From: an uncultured Chloroflexia bacterium
GTDB lineage: Bacteria; Chloroflexota; Limnocylindria; Limnocylindrales; CSP1-4
Direction of reading: 5' to 3'
DNA length: 64,000 bases
Assembly (NCBI GenBank): GCA_963835335.1
Contig: CAWIFB010000014.1
Span: 773-64,772 of the forward strand
Shown: one piece after another, positions 58,574 through 64,000 of the stretch
Position numbering within the stretch: the first letter of the stretch is position 1
How the letters are laid out: the number at the start of each line of letters is the position of its first letter
The notes under the pieces: generated by a model
Told to the model about the DNA's origin: nothing
Database searches by the model: none
The model's input: the letters and a program-made list of their open reading frames with translations, nothing else
Made by a program: the position numbers and the translations under genes

Positions 58574-59401
58574 ATGGCGGCCTCCCGCGGGGACGCCCGC
58601 GAGGGCCTAGCCTGGCTGGGCCGTGCACCCGAATCGCGCGCGTCGCTGCTGTACCGCGTGATCCGCGTTGTCGCCCGGTTCCTGCTGTTCGGCGTGTTCC
58701 GGTTCCGGATCGTCACGTCCGGGCAGGAGCACCTGCCACGGACCGGCGGCTACTTCCTGATCGCCGCGGCGCATCGGGGCTGGATGGACCCGTTCGTGGC
58801 GATGCACGCGCTGCCCGCCGAGCCACGCTGCTGGTTCCTGGGCTCGGCGCCGTCGACGTTCACCGCCCGCTGGCGCGAGGTCCTCATCCACCGGCTCGGG
58901 GGGCTGCTGCCCGTGTGGCGCGGCGGCATCGGCATCGACCACCACGTGGCATCGGCCGAGGCCGTCATCCGCAACGGCGGGGTGTTCGTGCAGATGCCCG
59001 AGGGCACCGTGAGCGGGCCGCCAGGCCGGATCGGGCCATTCCGCCACGGCGCGGCGCTGATCGCCCTGCGAACCGGCGCGCCGATCGTGCTGCTGGCCAT
59101 GGCCGGGACCGAGGAGCTGTACATCGGGCGGCGGATGGCGTCGCGCGTGCTGCCGCCGACGAGCGCTCGGGACCTGCTCGGGGAGGCGTGGGACGGCACC
59201 CTCCCGGCGCCCGGATCGCGCGAGGAGCTGGACCTTGCCCGCCGGGTCACTGCGGCGTTCGAGGCACGGCTCGGCCCCGTGGTCGAGGCGCTGTACCCGG
59301 GCACGGTGGACCCGCCCGCCAGGCCGCGCCGCCTCCGCCGGCGCCTGACCTGGCTGTTCCTGCGCCCCGGCCGTCTCGACCGGGATCTCGAGGGCGCCTG
59401 A
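58574..59401 (+). CDS. lysophospholipid acyltransferase (PlsC family), copy 1
   Basis: Start ATG 58574 (alternative 58457 inside the lgt tail); H(X4)D-type motif AAHRGWMD and PEGTVSG. Confidence 0.7.
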   Translation: MAASRGDAREGLAWLGRAPESRASLLYRVIRVVARFLLFGVFRFRIVTSGQEHLPRTGGYFLIAAAHRGWMDPFVAMHALPAEPRCWFLGSAPSTFTARWREVLIHRLGGLLPVWRGGIGIDHHVASAEAVIRNGGVFVQMPEGTVSGPPGRIGPFRHGAALIALRTGAPIVLLAMAGTEELYIGRRMASRVLPPTSARDLLGEAWDGTLPAPGSREELDLARRVTAAFEARLGPVVEALYPGTVDPPARPRRLRRRLTWLFLRPGRLDRDLEGA

Positions 59402-59402
59402 C

Positions 59403-60224
59403 ATGCCGCGGGCGCCGGAGCCGGATCCGCCCGGGATCCCGGAGCTGCCCGCCGGGCTGATCGGCGTGGCGTCGCCGCGCGCGGGGGTCGCGTACCGGCT
59501 GCTGCGCGCGGCCTGGCGCGGCGTTGCGTTCCTGCTCCGGATCCGGGTGCGGGTCGACGGGCTGGAGCACCTGCCAGCCGGCCGGGACGGACGCCGCGCC
59601 GGTGGCTGGATCGCGGCCGGTATCCCGCATCGGACCTGGATCGACCCGTTCCTGGTGTGGATGGTCCTGCCCGCGGAGCCACGCCTCGTCTTCTTCGGCG
59701 ACGCCCGGACGATGGCGCGATCGGCCCTCCGGCGGTGGGTCGTCCGGCGAGTCGGCGGGATCCTGCCCATCCCGTCCCATGGCGGACCCCGGGCGTTCGC
59801 GACCCACCTCGCCGCGGCGGGGGAGGTCCTCCGGGCCGGTGCCGTGTTCTGCCTGTTCCCGGAGTACGGACCGCCGGCCCCGGTGGGCGCCGCGCGCCCG
59901 GTCGCGGCCGGCCTCGGCTACATCGCGCTCAGATCCGACGCACCGATCGTGCCGATCGTCATCGGCGGCAACCACGAGCTGTTCCTGGGCCGCCGGATCG
60001 TCGTCCGGATCCTGCCGCCGGTCGGCGTGCGCGAGCTCGCGGGCCTCGAGGCGTCGGCCGGCCTGCCCACGCCCGGGAGTCGCGACGAGCGCGAGGCGGC
60101 GCACCGGGTCGCGACGGCCTTCGTGGAGCAGACCGCGCAGGCTGTCGAGGCTGCCCACCGGGATGCCGAGCCGTCCCCGGGCCTCCGCAAACGGGGACGA
60201 TGGCTCACGACCCTGTTCCGATAG
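59403..60224 (+). CDS. lysophospholipid acyltransferase (PlsC family), copy 2
   Basis: 273 aa; GIPHRTWID and FPEYG motifs; starts 1 nt after the upstream stop. Confidence 0.7.
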   Translation: MPRAPEPDPPGIPELPAGLIGVASPRAGVAYRLLRAAWRGVAFLLRIRVRVDGLEHLPAGRDGRRAGGWIAAGIPHRTWIDPFLVWMVLPAEPRLVFFGDARTMARSALRRWVVRRVGGILPIPSHGGPRAFATHLAAAGEVLRAGAVFCLFPEYGPPAPVGAARPVAAGLGYIALRSDAPIVPIVIGGNHELFLGRRIVVRILPPVGVRELAGLEASAGLPTPGSRDEREAAHRVATAFVEQTAQAVEAAHRDAEPSPGLRKRGRWLTTLFR

Positions 60225-60297
60225 CCGTCCGGCGCCGCGGCCGGCAGCGCCCCCGTCCTCCGCGACGCCCCCCGATCCGCCGGGTATGCTCCGGCGG

Positions 60298-61716
60298 ATG
60301 CAGTACGCCGAATCGATCATCGATCTCGTCGGGAACACCCCGCTCGTCCGGATCTCCCGGCTCACCCGCGACCTCGGGCCGGCGGACCGCCGGCCCCTCC
60401 TGCTGGCCAAGCTCGAGATGCTCAACCCCGGCGGGTCGGTCAAGGACCGGATCGGGCTGCCGATGATCGAGGCCGCCGAGCGCGCCGGGCTGCTCAGGCC
60501 CGGTGGCACGATCATCGAGCCCACGTCCGGCAACACCGGTCACGGCCTTGCCATCGCCGCCGCGCTCAAGGGCTACCGCTGCATCTTCGTGATGGCGGAC
60601 AAGCAGTCGGCCGAGAAGCAGGCGCTGCTCCGCGCGTACGGCGCCGAGGTCGTCCTGTGCCCGACGAACGTCGACCCCGAGTCGCCCGAGAGCTACTACT
60701 CGGTGGCGGCGCGGCTGGCCCGGGACATCCCGGGCGCGTTCAAGCCGGACCAGTACTGGAACATGGAGAACCCGGCCGCCCACGAGCGAACCACCGGCCC
60801 CGAGATCTGGGCCCAGACCGACGGCCGGATCACGCACCTGGTGGCGTCGGCGGGCACGGGCGGCACGATCTCGGGCGTCGGCCATTACCTCAAGGCGCAG
60901 AACCCGGCCATCCGGATCGTGGGCGCGGACCCCGAGGGCAGCGTCCTGTCCGGCGACGCCGCGCGCCCGTACCTGACCGAGGGCGTGGGCGAGGACTTCA
61001 TGCCCGGCACCCATGACCCGACGGTCGTCGATCGATGGGTCCGGGTGAGCGACCGCGACGCGTTCGCGATGGCGCGCCGGATCACCCGCGAGGAGGGGAT
61101 CCTGGCCGGCGAATCGTGCGGGACCGCGATGCTCGCCGCGCTCGACGAGGTCGGCCGGATCATGCGCGACGAGCCCGATGCTGCGCCCGAGGCGATCGTC
61201 GTCGTGCTCCTGCCCGACGGTGGCCGCAACTACCTCTCGAAGCTGTACAACGACGAGTGGATGCGCGCCAACGGCCTGCTCACGACCAGCGGCGCCTTGA
61301 CCCGCGTGTCCGAGCTGTTGCGTGAGCGCTACCACGAAGGCGACATCCCGGACGTCGTCCTGGCGAGGACCACGGACCGGGTCGGCGAGGCGATCGAGCT
61401 GCTCCAGCGCTTCGGGATCAGCCAGCTGCCGGTGTCCGAACAGCCCGAGGGGCACGCGCTGGGCGGGATCGTCGGCTCGGTGAGCGAGAAGGGCCTGCTC
61501 GAGCGCGCGTACCGGAACCCGGAGCTGGTGGAGCGCACGGTCGGCGAGGTGATGGACGGGCCGCTGCCGAACCTCGACGTTGCGGCGTCGGTCGACGAGG
61601 CGTTCGCGCTGCTGTCCGACGGGGCACCGGCGCTGCTCGCGGTTCACGACGGACGCCCGATGGGGGTCGTGACCAAGCTCGACCTGCTGGAGCATCTCGC
61701 GCACCGCAAGGCGTAG
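60298..61716 (+). CDS. cystathionine beta-synthase (PLP fold plus CBS pair)
   Basis: MQYAESIIDLVGNTPLV..., PLP-lysine LNPGGSVKDR, TSGNTG, C-terminal tandem CBS domains. Confidence 0.85.
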   Translation: MQYAESIIDLVGNTPLVRISRLTRDLGPADRRPLLLAKLEMLNPGGSVKDRIGLPMIEAAERAGLLRPGGTIIEPTSGNTGHGLAIAAALKGYRCIFVMADKQSAEKQALLRAYGAEVVLCPTNVDPESPESYYSVAARLARDIPGAFKPDQYWNMENPAAHERTTGPEIWAQTDGRITHLVASAGTGGTISGVGHYLKAQNPAIRIVGADPEGSVLSGDAARPYLTEGVGEDFMPGTHDPTVVDRWVRVSDRDAFAMARRITREEGILAGESCGTAMLAALDEVGRIMRDEPDAAPEAIVVVLLPDGGRNYLSKLYNDEWMRANGLLTTSGALTRVSELLRERYHEGDIPDVVLARTTDRVGEAIELLQRFGISQLPVSEQPEGHALGGIVGSVSEKGLLERAYRNPELVERTVGEVMDGPLPNLDVAASVDEAFALLSDGAPALLAVHDGRPMGVVTKLDLLEHLAHRKA

Positions 61717-61786
61717 CGGCCGCCGCCCGGCCGGGACCCGGTGCATGCGACGCCGGACGCGGCAACGTGCGTGCGATGATCTCGCC

Positions 61787-63019
61787 ATGCCCGACGCCGA
61801 CCCCCGCGACGCCTTCGACACCCGTACCGTCCACGCCGGCCAGGAGCCCGACGAGCTGACCGGTGCGGTGGCACCGCCGATCTACCAGACGTCGACCTAT
61901 GCCCAGGACGGCGTCGGGAAGCCGCGCCGGGGCTACGAATACGCGCGAACCCAGAACCCGACCCGGGAGCGGCTCGAGCGCGCGGTCGCGGATCTCGAGG
62001 GCGGCCGCCACGGGATCGCCTACGCGAGCGGCTCGGCGGCGACGGCCGCGATCGCCCAGCTTGCCGCAGCGGGCGAGGAGATCCTGGTCGGCGACGACGT
62101 CTACGGCGGCACGTTCCGCTACTTCGAGCGTGTCCACAGGCCGGCGGGGTCCGGGGATGCGCGGTACGTCGACCTGGCCGGCAGGCCCGAGGCCGTGTGG
62201 GAGGGGCTCAACGAGCGGACCCGCCTGGTCTGGTTCGAGACGCCGTCCAACCCGCTGCTCAAGGTCACGGACATCCCGGCCGCCGCCGAGGCGATCGGGG
62301 AGTGGGCGCGCCAGGCGGGGAGGCCACGTCCCCGGCTGGTCGTCGACAACACGTTCGCCTCGCCCGCGCTGCAGCGACCGCTCGAGCTGGGCGCGGACGT
62401 CGTGTTCCACTCCGCGACCAAGTACCTGGGCGGTCATTCCGATGCGATCGTGGGGGTGGTCGTCACGAACGACGACGGTGTCGCCGAGCGCCTGCGGTTC
62501 CTCCAGAACGCGATGGGCGCGGTCCCCGGCCCGTTCGACTGCTTCCTCGTCCTCCGCGGGCTCCGGACGCTGGCCCTCCGGATGGAACGGCACAGCGCGA
62601 ATGCGATGGCCGTCGCCCGGTTCCTGGCGGGCCGGCCGGACGTGGCGGTCGTGCGCTATCCGGGCCTCGCCGATGGCCCGCATGCCCATGCGCAGGCCGC
62701 CGTCGCGGCGCGCCAGATGCGGCTGGGCGGCGTGCCGGCGTTCGGCGGCATGGTCTCGTTCATCCCCGCGCCGGGCGGGCCGCAGCGGCGAACCGCCGCC
62801 CAGCGCGCTGTCGCCGTGTGTGAATCGACGCGCCTGTTCACGCTCGCCGAGTCGCTCGGCGGCGTCGAGTCGCTGATCGAGCTGCCCGCGGCCATGACCC
62901 ACGCGTCGGTGGCGTCGTCGCCGCTCGAGGTCGACGGGGCCCTGGTGCGGCTCTCGGTGGGCATCGAGGCGGCGGACGACCTGGTCGCGGACCTCGCCCG
63001 GGCCCTCGACGAGGCGTAG
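61787..63019 (+). CDS. cystathionine gamma-lyase/synthase (Cys/Met metabolism PLP enzyme)
   Basis: Start MPDADPRDAFDTRTVHAGQ; PLP-lysine region VVFHSATKYLGGHSD. Confidence 0.85.
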   Translation: MPDADPRDAFDTRTVHAGQEPDELTGAVAPPIYQTSTYAQDGVGKPRRGYEYARTQNPTRERLERAVADLEGGRHGIAYASGSAATAAIAQLAAAGEEILVGDDVYGGTFRYFERVHRPAGSGDARYVDLAGRPEAVWEGLNERTRLVWFETPSNPLLKVTDIPAAAEAIGEWARQAGRPRPRLVVDNTFASPALQRPLELGADVVFHSATKYLGGHSDAIVGVVVTNDDGVAERLRFLQNAMGAVPGPFDCFLVLRGLRTLALRMERHSANAMAVARFLAGRPDVAVVRYPGLADGPHAHAQAAVAARQMRLGGVPAFGGMVSFIPAPGGPQRRTAAQRAVAVCESTRLFTLAESLGGVESLIELPAAMTHASVASSPLEVDGALVRLSVGIEAADDLVADLARALDEA

Positions 63020-63109
63020 GCGCACCGCTCGGACATCGCGCATCGGATTGACACGCGCGCCGGCACGGCGCACCATTGCTATGTCGTAATCCGATGTAGG
63101 TGACGCTCC

Positions 63110-63466
63110 GTGAGCCGGGATCCCCTCCGCAGCCAGCTGCTCAAGGGTGCGATGGCCTACCTCGTGCTCTCGGTGCTGCGCGACGGCGAGCTCTACGGCT
63201 ACCAGATCGCCGCCCTGATCCGCGAGCGGAGCGAGGGTGCCTTCGTGCCCAGCGAGGGCTCGCTCTACCCGACGCTCCACCGGCTGGAGACGGACGGAGC
63301 GCTGGCCGCGACGTGGCGCGCGGGCGACCGTGGACCGCGCCGCCGCTGGTATCGCATCACCCCGGCCGGGAGCGCGATGCTCGCGAGCCACGCCCGCGAG
63401 TGGGACGACTTCCAGGGGGCGATCGCGCGCGTGGCGGCTACGGTGCCGGAGGCGTCCGGTGCCTGA
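63110..63466 (+). CDS. PadR-family transcriptional regulator
   Basis: GTG start; LKGAMAYLVLSVLRDGELYGYQIAALI...GSLYPTLHRLETDGAL. Confidence 0.85.
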   Translation: MSRDPLRSQLLKGAMAYLVLSVLRDGELYGYQIAALIRERSEGAFVPSEGSLYPTLHRLETDGALAATWRAGDRGPRRRWYRITPAGSAMLASHAREWDDFQGAIARVAATVPEASGA

Positions 63467-64000
63467 CGCCGCCGAGCGCGATCGCTTCCTGTCCGAGGTC
63501 CGAGCCCGGCTGGACCTTCCGGTTCCGATTGCGCGCGACGTGGTCGAGGAGCTCACGGGCCACCTCGATGACGCCGCGGCTGCCCTGCGTGCGTCCGGCT
63601 ACGAGGCTGGGGACGCGGACCGGCGCGCGATCCGGCAGATGGGCGATGCGCGGCAGCTCGCCGACGCCCTGGGCCGCGCCCACCGCGGCCGCCGGCAGGT
63701 GCTGGCGGCGATCGGCGGTGGGGTTCGGGTGGTGCTCGTCGAGGGAATCCGGACGTACCTGTTCGCGGTCATCGTCCTCGCGATCGCGTCGATCCTTGCC
63801 ATCCCGATCGCGTCGACCGTGCTCCATGCGCTGGGCCGGTCGACGTCGAGCTATTTCGGTGGGCCGGTGGGCAGCCTCGTCACGGTCGCCGCCGTCGGCC
63901 TCGGGATGGCCTACCTCGGCTGGATCGTGCCCGCTCGCGTTGCCGCTCGGGCCGTGCGCTCGGTGCGTGGCATGCGCCGGGCCGTCGCGGCGCTGGGCCT
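63459..64000 (+). CDS. DUF1700-like membrane protein, usual PadR partner (3' end outside window)
   Basis: GTG overlaps the PadR stop; VPDAAERDRFLSEVRARLDLPVPIARDVVEELTGHLDDAAAALRASGYEAGDADRRAIRQMGDARQLA then TM helices; not in the ORF track because no stop lies within the window. Confidence 0.6.
   Translation, partial: MPDAAERDRFLSEVRARLDLPVPIARDVVEELTGHLDDAAAALRASGYEAGDADRRAIRQMGDARQLADALGRAHRGRRQVLAAIGGGVRVVLVEGIRTYLFAVIVLAIASILAIPIASTVLHALGRSTSSYFGGPVGSLVTVAAVGLGMAYLGWIVPARVAARAVRSVRGMRRAVAALG

Overview
High-GC (about 70%) chromosomal segment with Actinomycetota-type gene content. It is densely coding on both strands, about 65 genes, with no rRNA, tRNA or CRISPR seen. Modules from left to right: (1) class-III aminotransferase plus CoA-transferase A/B; a universal stress protein and Tat multicopper oxidase divergent from a GAF-GAF-HisKA_3 sensor kinase and NarL-type regulator (DevS/DevR-like architecture). 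(2) An F420/deazaflavin-type DUF385 reductase, an acetyl-CoA hydrolase/transferase, and a P-loop protein resembling cyclic 2,3-diphosphoglycerate synthetase. (3) An ECF sigma factor with a multiply frameshifted anti-sigma gene carrying DGxTW repeats, and a Zn alcohol dehydrogenase. (4) A group-3b-type [NiFe] hydrogenase operon: apparently fused FeS beta and FAD/NAD gamma subunits, small subunit, large subunit, maturation protease. It is preceded by a cNMP-binding protein and a small Host_attach/bacterial eRF1-like protein, and followed by a CBS-pair protein. (5) A P-type ATPase operon; a four-subunit 2-oxoacid:ferredoxin oxidoreductase (delta-alpha-beta-gamma) preceded by a second eRF1-like paralog and a YbaK deacylase. 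(6) A sulfide/persulfide locus: ArsR (SqrR/BigR-like), DsrE, TusA, DsrE2, TusA, and sulfide:quinone oxidoreductase. (7) Aminotransferase, Mug glycosylase, MmpL, phosphotriesterase homolog, VapBC, OsmC, RND pump with MarR, a YcaQ/AlkZ-like glycosylase with an Eis-like GNAT, sufB-sufD-Rieske, SDR, EamA, ornithine cyclodeaminase, MbfA-like ferritin-VIT, cupin, Lrp, a second ECF sigma/anti-sigma pair, Lgt, two PlsC acyltransferases, cystathionine beta-synthase and gamma-lyase, PadR and a DUF1700-type membrane partner (truncated at the window end). At least seven apparent frameshifts sit inside otherwise conserved genes, mostly in homopolymer or simple-repeat contexts, so the assembly may carry indel errors. 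A 150-bp tandem duplicated structured element lies in a convergent intergenic region. Most long antisense ORFs in the six-frame track are GC-driven artefacts.
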